Of a DNA stretch of 64,000 nucleotides, positions 1 through 12,495 are shown piece by piece. The stretch comes from Camelus ferus (Eukaryota), in assembly GCF_009834535.1 (NCBI RefSeq), contig NC_045697.1:74216001-74280000 (forward strand). Direction: 5' to 3'. The stretch's first letter is position 1; the number at the start of each line of letters is the position of its first letter. The translations under genes and the position numbers were made by a program. Under the pieces are notes generated by a model. That model was not told the DNA's origin, ran no database searches, and worked only from the letters and a program-made list of their open reading frames with translations.

Positions 1-790
1 GCACAAGCCACTTACTGATATAAATACTTTACATATTCTTCAAACAACTCTTCTGTTATTGTTAGAGCAGGCAGATAACTAGATACGAGCAGAGAAAGTG
101 GGGCACAGGCCAAACAGCATGCATCTTGTGACCAATGGGGGTCCTTGTGTAGACGGAGAAAAGCAGGAATCTCTGGAATGATAAGAAATCACATATTTTG
201 GGATGACAAAGAAAGGTGGGAAAAGGCAAGAATCTCCAGTGTCCCAATGTAATCTTTTGCTCATTATGCCCACATTACACTGAAATTAACCTTGAGACTT
301 CCAATTAAGACTAAATAGGGACAAAAATCCCTTCTTCCCTCTGGAAGGTGAAGCTGAAATGAAAATCAGGGAATATGATCCGAAACCCACCCTTCCCCAA
401 TGAATATTCTGCCCATCCATTTTATACCCTAGCTAACCAACTTACCAAAGAAACTCAGTGCGGCTGCTCACCGGAGCTTGCCGGCTCTCCCCTTGAGAGC
501 ATTCTATCCTCCCCCAAATTCCATTCTTCATATGACTAACTCCCAGAGTAAAGTTTCTGAAACACAATCTAATCACCTTAGTCTGCTGCCTAAAATCCAT
601 CGGTGCTTCTCAATCACCTTCAGACTAAAGTTCCAACTCCTTAATGTTACGTACGGTCTTTCACGGTCTGGCCTCTACCTAGCAAAATAGTCTCTTCCGA
701 AGCCTCCCACAAGCATGGCACCATCCAGCCACATGAGACCACTTGCAGTTTCTGAGCAGAACCTATTCCCTCAGTGCATCTCTGTGTCTT

Positions 791-840
791 TTCACTCACT
801 CCTAGCTCCTATTTCTTCACTCACTCCTAGCTCCTATTTC
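791..840. repeat. Perfect 25-bp tandem duplication
   Basis: ttcactcactcctagctcctatttc x2. Confidence 0.95.
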
Positions 841-1430
841 AAGGGCAGACTATTATGGAAATAGCTCAGTTTCTCAAGAGCTGAATAGGTCACCACTGTG
901 TTTTATAGCTATTACCATTCTTATCACATGGTATGCTACATGGGGGTTTTCCCTCTCCCCTCCTGGCCATCATAAGTCCCTGGAGGGAAGTGTCACTTCT
1001 TTGTATCTGCAGTACCTACTAAAGTACATGGTGCATAATAGTCATTTATTAAATTGTTGCCAAATAAGGATGAAGTAAACACAGACTATGAACTACTTCA
1101 TTCCCTTTCATGCCATTTTCCTGAACAGGGCCTAGGACATGGAGATCTCTTGAATGTCATTGATCTCACCCTGGTTTACTTACCTGCAGGGGAAGTTCAT
1201 CTTGCAGGGGGCTCAAAATAATCAAGGCCTCTCATTTGGTGTGGTACAGCTTGGGGATGGGCGTGAGGGTCTGGAAGTAAAGAAGAGCTGGGCCAAGAAA
1301 AGGAGCATGAGTACATTTACATTAGTGAAGGGGGGGAGCCATGCACAGCACAGAAGAAATGATGCTGGGACATGAAATATGTTCAGTGTGCTTGGGGGTT
1401 GTTTTTCAAGGAGATGACTAAGGGCATTTT

Positions 1431-1793
1431 GTTTATTTGTTGTTTGTGGGGGAGTTAATCAGGTTTATTTATTTATTTATTTAAATGGAGGCACTGGGGA
1501 TTGACCCTGGGACTTTATGCACACTAAGCACATGCTCTACCACTAAGCTATATCCTCCACCTGTTTTAAAATTTTATTATTTTTTTTTAATTGAGGTACT
1601 GGGGATTGAACCTAGGACCTTGTGCATGATGAACCCAGGACCTTGCATGTGCTCTACCACTGAGCTATATGCCCTTCCCCCACTTAACAATTTTCTAAAT
1701 TTTATTATTATTTTTAATTGAGGTACTGGGGATTGAACCCAGGACCTTGTGCATGCTAAGCATGTGCTTTACTACTGAGCTATGCCCTCCCCT
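1431..1793 (-). mobile_element. Three head-to-tail tRNA-Ala-derived SINE monomers (Vic-1-like)
   Basis: Three copies of the reverse complement of GAGGG..ATAGCTCAGTGGTAGAGC..ATGCTTAGCATGCA..GGTCCTGGGTTCAATCCCCAGTACCTC separated by AT-rich linkers. Confidence 0.9.
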
Positions 1794-2957
1794 CAAGCAT
1801 TTTAAAAGGTGAATTTTTCCCCCTGCTCTTCCATGGCAATTATTTTGGGGGGAAGCCAATTCAGAAAGTTGGGGTGTAGAATTTTTAAAAAGGAGCACAC
1901 AATGGTTGTAGTTATTTCACAGGATTCTGGTGCTTCTGTGACAGGCAGCCAGAGGGGAAATTACCTTCGCTGGTCTTGGCTCACTCCTCCTCCACTCCTA
2001 ATCATCCCTTCAGACCCACACGTGGTAGACAGAGCAGTTGTCCTTCACCACTGAGGAAACGCAGCTGAGACTTACGTTACCGTGGAAACAGAATCATTTT
2101 TTTTGCTGCAAGACACATCGCTTCATCTGTACTATTATGAAGCAGAATACATTGGTAGGGCTGGGAGGGGAATCAAATATTCTGCCCACCAGTATTGTAC
2201 TTGGCCTCTGGGTGAATAAATGACTTTCAATTAAAGTGCTTAAATATCTTTTCACTTTAATCATTGTTATTAGAGGCCCAACAGAATTTTCCTTGGAAAA
2301 GAGTACAAAATTCAACTCTGCTGTTCAGAAAAGAGCTATAAATTCTTTCAAACTAGACTACTTCTGTTAAAGAAAATACAGGGGAATTTACAATTAATGG
2401 TTTCATTGTGCGTGAAATAAATGTCTTTGTCCTCTGTGTTTTGACCTTCTGACTTGATCCTATTGTGGATTTATGAGGTTGTCCAGACCTCTTTCTTCCT
2501 TTGTCTCTACTCTAAGCTGCTTTGTAGTGAACATACATATTTACAGTTTCATCTTGTGTTGGGCTGTGTGTATTCAGATCCTCTCTTCCTGACTTAATGC
2601 TGGGCTTATCTGAGCCAGGCGCTCACTCCCGCTTCTGGGTCTTAATTCCCTCGTCCAGCCAAAGCCCTCCCATTTGCTACCTGCCTCTGTTACTAGGAGA
2701 CTTTCCTCATCTTATGCCCAATCCTAAATTTAGTCACTGTCCTACTTTATTTTCTCCTCTTATAACTGCTCTCTTTCTTACTACTTGTGTGACTTTCACA
2801 AAGAGCATATCTATATGACCTGTGCTGGTAGATGGATCAATTCAGTAAAATCCAAGGAACAAAACAAGAATCCCTCATCCCTTCAATTCCAAAAATGCAC
2901 ACTGGCCCTGGGTTTCCTTACAACTTCAAAAAAGCACTAAAACAAAAAAACCAAGCA

Positions 2958-2996
<39 letters not shown>
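2958..2996. repeat. (CA)n microsatellite
   Basis: Direct reading. Confidence 0.95.
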
Positions 2997-2998
<2 letters not shown>

Positions 2999-4124
2999 CA
3001 GAGTCAAACTTTAATCACAGGGAAATTCCATAAAGGAAAGAGAAAGAAATATCTTTTACTGACTGGATGTAAATTAGAAAAAACACAATACTTTAAAAGT
3101 ACTAGTGCTTTTAATTCTAGATGGCAGAGCAGCCTTAGGAAGCAAGTGACATTTACTGAGCAACTAGTCAGTGCCAGGTGGTTTTACATCCCCATCTTAC
3201 TAAATTCTCAAATTCATCTTGAGCATAACTATCATTTCCATTTTACAAATGAGATTTTTTTTTTTAAGTCATTCCCAAAGTCACCACACAAATCCTAAAT
3301 GGCAGTAACTTCTGATTCCGAGTTCAGTGCTCCTGCGAACTGCCTCACTGCGTTCAGCATCTGGCAAAACTCTGACTGTGTGAAGGGCTGAAATCTAACA
3401 GGAAAATGAAGAGAATAGGCCTCTAACCATGGCTTTCCATCTCCTGACCGGGCTTTGGAAAAATAATTTACTTGTTTTGAACCCAGATTTGTCCATCCTC
3501 ATTCAATATGGATAAATAACCTTATCTCCTCTTAAGTGTAGAGTTAAGCAGTGAATATAGGCAGAACATGTCAAAAATATTTCTGTAGGAAGGATGATTT
3601 ATTCTTGTTACTATAACAGACCCAGATTAGTAGGTCCATAACACTCCCAATCACTTCAGTCCCAAATCATCATCAATCCCAAACTGGCAATGTTTCTGAG
3701 CACAGATCTATCACATGTGTCTTCTGTGCCTCCCAAGTCATCCTAACACAGTGCTGGGTTGGGTAGTAGATGCACTTTTAAGTGATAAAGTAGTGATTAA
3801 ATCAAACTGTTTTCCAGTATCTCCTTTAGCCATCAGTTATAGACCCAATGTTATCACATAGCAAAAAGGATTCCTTAAATACTCGGACGTAATTAGCCCA
3901 CATTGCTTTATGAACAGTCAGAACACTGGTTCATAGTATTACCCAATTGAGTTTTACAGGAATAATGGCCAATTCTATTATCACATAAAAGGGAATATTT
4001 TATTTCCTTCAACTCCACTGCTTGCCTTTCAGATAAACTCAAGACATGTTAGTAAAGAAAATAGCAAAAAATAATTTACCTAGAACCTGAAATTTCACTC
4101 TCCGTGCCTCTAACAAATTGACAA

Positions 4125-4340
4125 TAACTGCTCCATTTTGAGCGTTTACTATGTATGTACTGTAATCTGAACTTTACATACACTATCTCTTTAATTTTAT
4201 AATGACCCGATGAAATTGGATCTATTATTGCCCCCATTTTCTAGATGAGGAAACAGGTTCAGAGAGTAAAAATAACTTGTCCAAGTCATAACCTCCCCAA
4301 GTCTGTAGTACACTCTGACCCGAATCCATATAGTCTGGTT
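4125..4340 (-). mobile_element. MIR SINE
   Basis: Core ccccattttctagatgaggaaacaggttcagagag..aacttgtccaagtca. Confidence 0.75.
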
Positions 4341-4361
4341 CTAAAGTACAGCTTTAACAGG

Positions 4362-4829
4362 TGTCAAAGAAAAATGCACAAAGTAAGAGTTGTGAGTATA
4401 AGTTTTTTTCAGGGGCTTACTGAGGACTGTAGTCCAGGAGACAGAAGTTCAGTGGCTCTGAGAGAACTGTTCCAAAAGAGGTGGAGGCGATGTCAGTTTG
4501 TACATGGTTTTTTGGGCTAGGAAATACATGCATTCAAACATATGTCTTGGTAAAAGGTTACTGCTAATCACAAAGAACAGATATTTAAAGTTAATGTTTC
4601 TGGTGCTTTTCTATGTATGGGAAGATGCAAGAATCTGGGGGGGGGGGTCACTGAAATGTTTCCTGAGATATAAACCCAACTATCTAAAGGCCTGTTTATC
4701 CAAAGCACGGAGTGACTCATCTTGTTTCTCATCCCTAATTCCTCTCAGGGTGAGCAATTGCAGTGGATGACAACTTAACCCTTGCAGAACTGGGAGCTGA
4801 ATGATGCTTATTGTTTTCCTTTATTTTCA
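4362..4829. mobile_element. Probable ERV solo LTR (artiodactyl-type)
   Basis: TG...CA bounded block with aaaaatgcaca..agttgtgag..ctgaggact..ctctgagagaactgttcca, resembling recalled artiodactyl LTRs; family not verified. Confidence 0.45.
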
Positions 4830-5164
4830 CCGGGATCATCCATATCAGCCAAGTGCATCATCTGAGAAAACCAGCTTTCTTTTGCTGCCCATCAGCATGC
4901 AGCTCTTTATGCTTTGTTTTATAGAAGAAAGGAGGGAAGGGATGAAAAAGGGAGAAGGGAAGATGGATGGAGGAGAGAAAAAAAGAAAGAAAAGGGAGGA
5001 AAGAAGATCACTTGATGTCGTCCACCCCTACCCCCCATAGCCAGTGCAAAAAAATGGAGCCCATCCAACTTAATAACACTGGTCAGTGTTGTTGAAAAAT
5101 AAATACGTGAAGTGCCAGTTTGGTTTGATTTGATGTCATTTTGCCTTTGTTTTGCATTTATCAG

Positions 5165-5312
5165 GAGAAGTATTCTTGCAGATTAAAGGGCCGCTGGAAG
5201 ATATTTATAAAATCTACTGCTATCACCATGATGAAGCACACAGTGTACTAGAATCCTACGAAAAAGAAGAGGAGCTGAAGCAACATTTGAGCCTCTGTAT
5301 CCAGTCCTTAAA
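5165..5312 (+). CDS. ARHGEF38: ARHGEF38 coding exon (probable exon 4), DH domain: (G)EVFLQIKGPLEDIYKIYCYHHDEAHSVLESYEKEEELKQHLSLCIQSL(K)
   Basis: tcag|GA acceptor after a T-rich tract and AA|gtaag donor; 148 nt, phase 1 to 2; translation matches the recalled ARHGEF38 DH domain. Confidence 0.95.
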
Positions 5313-7990
5313 GTAAGATCTTTTCAAATGATGATTTCCAGGCACTCACAGTTGCCTAGCAGGGAACATTTTAACTGGATGTAGATGAAAGTTCTCATAT
5401 AAATCCTGTGTTTTATGAGGCTTGCTGGGAGCTCTACTTTGTGTTCTCTTCATGAAAAGCTGACATGCCAGAAACCCTGATTGACATTTTTCCCCCCTGC
5501 AAGGATGACTAAAAATAACACAGGATAAGATACAGGGCTCTGTAGAGATAGAAAAATGCAGTATCAAAAAAGGAAGTGGGGAAGAAAAGCCCCTCTTAAA
5601 GCTGTTGTAATTTGCTGCTCCCACCTAGGTCAAGGAATGTGTGAGACAGTGTGTGTCACCATGGTCATGGGAGCATGTGGAATAACACAGTTAGTGGGAT
5701 GTCCTGTGACCCTCTGAATGGCCCTTGCTGTCCCCTACATTCATTCACTCTGGGGAAGGAGGGGAGATTGGCAAAGACAGGCTAGGCCCTGTTAAAGTTA
5801 GATTCAGGAAAGTCACTCATGCCTTCCTTCCCAATCCCTAAGTTAGTGGGAGCTGCTAATATACATCTTTTTATCTGGGAGTAATATCTATTCACTATAA
5901 AAATCTGAAAAAATATAAGGAAGCAGGAAATAAATAAAAACTCTTGCTATTCCACATGTTAATTCCTTGCTAATCATGGATTAAAAATCAGTTTTCATTT
6001 TTTCTGGTCTTATTTATATGTGTAAATATGAACATGTTTGGGTTGATTCCTTGAAATGGAATTGGTATCTTACTGTATATACATAGTTTTCTACCACATG
6101 AAGCTGAAAGATACAATTTTTGCCCTACTCTACATCTTACTCATTTTGTGGTTTTTTTCATCTCTAAGGATGATCCATTGTCAAATTGTCTTGATTAGGC
6201 TAAGAATTAACCAAACAGAGAGAGCCGTGGTGTATAAATCAATGCACACCCACCCGTCTGCTCCTCCCCCTTTAGACACTCTATTGTAGGGAGGCAAAAA
6301 GGGGGTCTTAATGTGGGACAACCGGATTAAAGTGAAATCAGGAGACTAAATGACACTATTCTGGAGAAAGCCTCTCCAGGCCTAGAACTGAGACTGAAAG
6401 TGGGTTTAAACTGGGCCCCATAAATTTCTTAAAGTTAACTTTATTGCCCTCTACTGGTCATTAAGTTATTGCAGTTCTTTAACCGTTTTCATGCTGTGGA
6501 AAAATAACAATATTCAAATTCCTAAATCATCGCAAGTGTTTATTTGTTACTTGTGCTGTACCAAGCATAGTTCTGGGTCCTGAAAATACAAAAATAAAAA
6601 AATTTAGGCCCTGTCCACAAGTAGCTCAATATGATCAGGTAATTTTCAAAGAGTATGTGATCACTAGTTCCAGCTCACAATTTCTCTATTCTCTCTAGTT
6701 TAGTTCAGTGTTAGCAAATCAATTTAGACAAACCTTAAAGTATGAAGTTGCATCCATCTGAATAAATTCATACATTAGAAGCAACATCTTTTAAATTTAC
6801 AAGTACTTTTTTCCCGGGGAGAAATAATGGTATTACCCTGGGTGCACATGAACACCTTTCTTACCTTAAAGTAGTGGCAAGATCTAATCCAATAAATGTC
6901 TATCTTGAGCCATTTTCCTTCTTAAGTTTCTAGAAATAAAGAGAGAAATCTTACAGCAAGCGAACAAGTAGCACCTTGTATCATCACTCCAACTCCAATC
7001 CCAGGACTGGACATCCATAACACGAGAGAATGTAGTTAATTTATTTTGGCATGTGCTTCTGATAACTAACCAGAAGTAGAGCTGTCTGTTCAGAGGGAGT
7101 TGAACAATAGTTTATTATTTATTAAGCTTTTGACTTCTAAGAGAAAGAAATTAAGTGCCAGAATATTCCATCAGACAGTACAGCTCAGTATCATACCCCC
7201 TAAAAAGCAGCTAAAGGCAGAGGTAATTTTGAGACTTCATGAAGTCCCAATTACTGAAAATTACTTTCAGACCCAATGGCTTATTTGTTCTTTTCTAAAA
7301 GCCTTAAGTTATTGCCCTGGGGAGGCCCCAGATCTTGTATATTCTGCAGCATTCTGATTTTAGGGAATAATTTCAGGCATTGGTAGGTGCTAAGGTCTGG
7401 AAAGCACCAAATCCAAAGGAAGTAATATTGGCAGAACTATTTCTTAAGGGGAAGAAAATCAAAATAAAATAGCTTAAGTTAGAGCTATTTTCCCCAAAAG
7501 TTGCCTTTCCGTGAAAATAAAGTTAATGATGAATTGTACCAGTCTGCCTGAAAGCTGAGAGCAGTAGAATTATTGACATTACTATAATACTGACCTCAAT
7601 TGAGCTAAGCTTTAAATTCTGAGAAACAGGTTTTCAAACAGGTTTATAGGCCAAAGAGAGTCTGGACACCCCAAGGGCTTGGTTTCCCTTGCCAGGTAAT
7701 CAGTCAAAGCTATTACTGGGGCTCTGCCTTTTCCTTGTGGCTAAATAACAGAGCCCAAGTGCACAGTGGCCAATTTCTGATGAATATTAGGTGTGGCCTC
7801 CATCTTCCACCCTGCTGGGGAATCCTGGAACAACTGGATTTGAAGCAATAGCCATGAGAGAGGCGGCTTCACGCCTCTGAAGTTAAGGCAGACTTTAAAG
7901 CAACATAGATTGCTTTAACCAAAATGAAAATATGTTTATTGAGGGTCTAATAAATATTTATTAAAAGTAGACAGATAATGTTGAAAATAT

Positions 7991-8090
7991 TATATATATA
8001 CACACACATATATATATACACATACATATATATATATATACATACACATATATATATATATATATACATACACACACACACACACACACA
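7991..8090. repeat. Compound (TA)n/(CA)n microsatellite
   Basis: Direct reading. Confidence 0.95.
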
Positions 8091-8373
8091 GAGCCATAGT
8101 TCTTGCCTCCTGGGAACATATCTTCTAGTTGGTAGATAAACAAAACCGTCTGGAAAGCTTAATAATAACACAAGAGTTAATTTAAATAACACACCAGAAG
8201 TTGTCACGGTCAGGTTCAAAACTAATTTCCAAAAGGATGGTAGAGAGATTTCCTGGTTCTGTAATAAACTTGAGCTCATAACCTTTGGCTATTCTTTGAA
8301 GCCCATTATCTTTCAAAAGAGAAAATAATATTTGTATCCAGAAAATAATTTCGAAGCCCTCTGAAACGTCAGG

Positions 8374-8558
8374 GCAGTGTTTCTTGGTGCGCAAGTTCCC
8401 CTGTGTTGGAGCCACCAGGGATTTGTATTAAAAGTGCAGATTCCTGTGCCCTGTTCCAGACCAAAAAAATCAGGATTGCTGGAGGTCCAGTCCGTGAATC
8501 TGCACTTTAACAAGCACCCTCAGGTGGCCGTGGAAACACACCTAAGTTAAGCACTACT
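8374..8558. mobile_element. MER5-type hAT-Charlie MITE
   Basis: cagtgtttct..aaaagtgcagattcctg..gaatctgcactttaacaagcaccc..agcactact with the internal inverted repeat gtgcagattc/gaatctgcac. Confidence 0.75.
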
Positions 8559-10654
8559 TTAGAAGGAGAAACCACACCCACAGTACCCACTTGCAGCTTT
8601 CTCGAAGCACGGAGGCTGTTTTCATGACTGTAGATCCAATCTAAGCAGTAATTTCAGGGTTTGGAGACGCTAAGAAAGAAAAGATTAAAACTGTCTAGAA
8701 GCACAATACCACATCAGCATCTATATCCTGTAAATTGGAAATCCACGTTTTTTATTTATTCAACAAGGGACATTTACAGAGTAGCATTAGTGACCCATTA
8801 GATTGCACAAAATACTGATTTAATACAGTTTCCAAATTTATGGAAGTTATTTGCTAAAGACTTAATCACTTAGCCTCTTTGGGGTTTTTTAAGGATTCTG
8901 ATCTGTATGAGGAAAGTGAAAAATAGGCTATAAATGCAAGTGTAGCTAAAATTAGAATAGCCTGTCTGCAGCCTCCTTTTTTTGTTTTTTTAGTTAAAAA
9001 TAACACCAAATTCCCCATGCCTTTCAGAGGCCCTAGAGATCTGTTTATTTTTTAATAGAAAAAGAATGAAGGGGCTTTTCCAAGGTCTTTGGTAGCTGGA
9101 AGACACATTTCTAGCTTCATATCTAGTTGTTATAATTCTATCTATGATTTTCCTTCTTCCTATCCAAGGCCACCCCTCTAGGGGAAAACTTCTAACTTCT
9201 AGTCATCTGGGCACTTTGGCTGCTCATATACTGAGATAGCTTCGCCATTTAGGGAGGAAGCTAAAAGCTCATGAAATGCAGCATCTAAAGGAATAGATTT
9301 CAATTTGTTATCACATTTGGTATTTCTTAATATTATTCTAATGGAGTGTTCTAAGTAAAAATTAAAATCACTTTTGGAAATTCTTTCAGTTTCTTGTTAT
9401 GGGGCATCATGTTTGAACAAAGACAATAATCCTTAAGGACTAGCCACGTAAAAACTTTTGTTAACTGTGAATCAAAACATAATGAGTCCATGGGAGTGTA
9501 AGGTGTGGTGGTGGATATATTAAGTTACTTTACTCCACGAAGGGGTAAAGGGACCCAGTTTAACTTACTCCTTCCCAAAATGTCCTTGGCTAGGGTTAAC
9601 TTCTGGAAAGTTTTAGCCTAAAAGGGAAATTTTTTGAAATGATGAGCAAATAACGAGATGTTATAACGTAGCGCCACTATTCCAACAAGTTTTCCCTGTT
9701 GGAAAATCTCTCAGGTTTCTTTTCATAAAATGTTATACTTACATTAAACAGTGTTTAATTTATAATATTTAGGTTTTATTTGGTTGGAATAAATGAAATA
9801 GAAAGAGAAAAAATTTTCCATGTCTTCTCCAGGAGTTAAAGGAACAATCTTTTCTTTCAACTTCAAAGTATGTATTTTGGTTCCCAAATGATCACATTTT
9901 TCACTTACTTGTTTCCATAGAAAATTGCATTCTTATTTTACTCAACTTCTTTCCCAGATCTTCTTTCTGATCTATGATCCACAGAGCATACTGAGAAAAG
10001 AAGGGGATAGGAATTGGGGAAAGAGTGTGAGCTTAAAGGAAATGAATGGAAAGAAACACTGGGTGGGGGGTACTGGTGGAGCACTTTCCTTCATGGAGGC
10101 AGAAGGGTTCTTCCAACAGCAGTTAATACTTGTCTAAAATTGTAGCACCTGCTGATTATTAAAAATTTATAATCCTCTGTTTGAGTCCCAACTGGGAGGT
10201 CTTGGATTTAGCAAAATCTAGTTATTTCAAGATGTCCTGGAATTCATTCATACACTATGCCTGGAGAGTGAAGGGATGATTGTTTCACATATATGTACAC
10301 CCTTTTTTTCTACATGTATCATGTACTTGGATGAACTTTTTTTAATGGATTAAGCCCAGTGAAATTTATGAACTTCAGCACAGGTAGTTATCATTGAATT
10401 TCTTCATTATCATTGTATATGAGAAGACCATCTACCAGTATGGGATAGGGCCATAGCATTTTTTTTTATATTGAAAACATTCATTGTATTCTAAAAAATT
10501 GGAAATCAGAGGTCATGGTGATCAGCTTATCAACACAGGTTATTATTACTTTGTTTCTCCACAACCATAGGAAGCTTTTAGAGAAAAATTTCCATCTCTT
10601 TATTCCTGAAATTTAACTTGAAAGTTTCCCACTTTTTTATTGATAAAATGAATT

Positions 10655-11185
10655 AACTTGACAAATACGTTTTGTGCTCTTACCAGGTGCCGGGCAGTTT
10701 TTCAGGTGCTGGGGCTACAGCAGAAAACAAAGCAAACATAAATCCTTGCCCTTGTTGGAATGGGGGGAGCAGACAGATAGACAATAAACCAAATAAATGT
10801 ATAGTATATTAGAAAGGGACAAAGAGAAATACACAGGGAATGAGGATAGAGTACAGTGGGAGACAGGGTATGATGTTTAAAAGGTTGGACAGGATAGGTT
10901 TCACTGGGAAGGTGCATTTGAGCAAAGACTTGAAAGAGATAAGGAGCAAGCTACATAGATCTCTGGAGAAAGAGCAGTCATGCAAGTGCAAAATCCTCAA
11001 GTGGGGAGCCTGCCTGCGGGCTTTGAAGAAAGGAAGGAGGCCCCTGTGGTGGCCACGGATGGGGCGGGGGTTGCGGGGTAGGGGAACCCCCTGGGAAACG
11101 TGGTGGAGAGGAGGTGGGAGGAGACACAGGTCACATTGCCTTGGAAGGACTTTAGTTTTGCTTGAACAGAATGGAAGCCACAAAA
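10655..11185 (-). mobile_element. LINE-2 3' fragment
   Basis: acaaatacg..caggtgcc..aggtgctgggg..tccttgccct..ggaaggtgcatttgagcaaagacttgaa, typical antisense L2 text. Confidence 0.7.
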
Positions 11186-11680
11186 GCTAGCAGTGCCCAG
11201 CCGAAGTTTTTGTGGGAATTATCTCATTGAAGATGTGAATTGTTTATAATCTACATAATACTGTATACAGAGATCTTATAGAACACTTGATAATAGTTTT
11301 CTGCAAGTCAATTGCATTTTCCTTTGTAATTTTGTAATCTCAGTTTCTCCGATCACTATGTTTAATAGATTCTTTCTTATAATGTAAACAAAAGTTGACA
11401 CTGAAATCCATTTTCAAATGATAAAAATTTACAAATTATGACCAAATCAATAGGTTTTAATCTTATATAAAGTGTGAAACAAATACAGTGGATACATACT
11501 AAAATAAAATTTTAGGGGCATAATTATAAAAGAATGAGACCAATTCTATAAAACATTCATGAAATGACTTATTACATTATTTTACACAATCAAATTTTAA
11601 AACTTTCATCATGCTTGTATATTTATTACCTTAAATATCTGGATTTACATGAATTTATTTATTTTTCTCTTCTCTTACAG

Positions 11681-11698
11681 GAAAATATACATGCAAGA
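11681..11698 (+). CDS. ARHGEF38: ARHGEF38 18-nt microexon, (K)KIYMQ(E)
   Basis: Strong polypyrimidine tract, ttacag|G acceptor and GA|gtaagt donor; phase 2 to 2; joins SLK to EGKPNLL as in the recalled orthologue. Confidence 0.92.
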
Positions 11699-12451
11699 GT
11701 AAGTATTTTTGTTTTAATGATAAATATCAAATGTAAAAATCATGAGGAAAAGCTGTTGAATATTTCTGTGCAAATTAGAATGTTAGTTTTTACATTTATG
11801 TTTATTCCTTTTAATAAATAAGGTTTCAAAGACATTTACCCTAGACATTATTGGTGCATTTATTTCCAATTTGTCTGAGATGATTTTACACATTAAATTA
11901 TTACTACATGCACCTTATTAAGCTTGTTAGAAGAATCTTGGGGTATAATTTACTTAAATCACAGGTTTGCTGGTGCCAGGAACTCTTTGGGAACTGCTCA
12001 TCACACATATATTTAGGAATCTGAATGTGTCCAAAAACACTTCTTCCTACGGACAACATTAGTCTAAAAAGTCTCAGATTAATACCATAATGTTTTTGAA
12101 GGTTACACAGATTAATGTACAAAAGAAAAGATTTCCTATGCATTAGAGTAAAATATTGGGTTACTTCAAATTTGGACTCCTGTATGACTTACGAAGAAAA
12201 AAACCCACATATATAGCATGCAAATGAAATATTAAGATGAAATAATTGGCCACTAGGACAACATAGAAATTATTTTATAAAGGCTAGACACATTCATACA
12301 CTTTGGAATATGTCCATTTTTATAGAAGAAAAGCTTGACTAACACTGAAAGGATGATACTGACTTAAACAGGAAGTCAAATTTACTAGGACTTTAAAAAG
12401 CACATATTTGCCTTAGCATGGTCAGCAACTATCCAAGGTCCTGAGTCCCTA

Positions 12452-12454
<3 letters not shown>

Positions 12455-12493
<39 letters not shown>
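12455..12493. repeat. (TG)n microsatellite
   Basis: Direct reading. Confidence 0.95.

Positions 12494-12495
<2 letters not shown>

Noticed and set aside
791..840. CRISPR-like repeats in this and other short duplications
   Set aside because: There are only two adjacent copies with no spacers, the context is eukaryotic, and there are no cas genes.
7526..7622. Possible intronic box C/D snoRNA (ATGATGA ... CTGA, with internal CTGA)
   Set aside because: There is no terminal stem and I recognise no rRNA or snRNA guide. These short motifs are expected by chance. An Rfam or snoscan search would settle it.
7947..8279. ORFs with CVCV/YIYI/HTHT runs, also near 2832, 34184 and 34653
   Set aside because: They are translations of dinucleotide microsatellites.
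10809..11190. Overlapping 116-124 aa ORFs on both strands
   Set aside because: They lie in a decayed LINE-2 fragment and resemble no protein I recognise.
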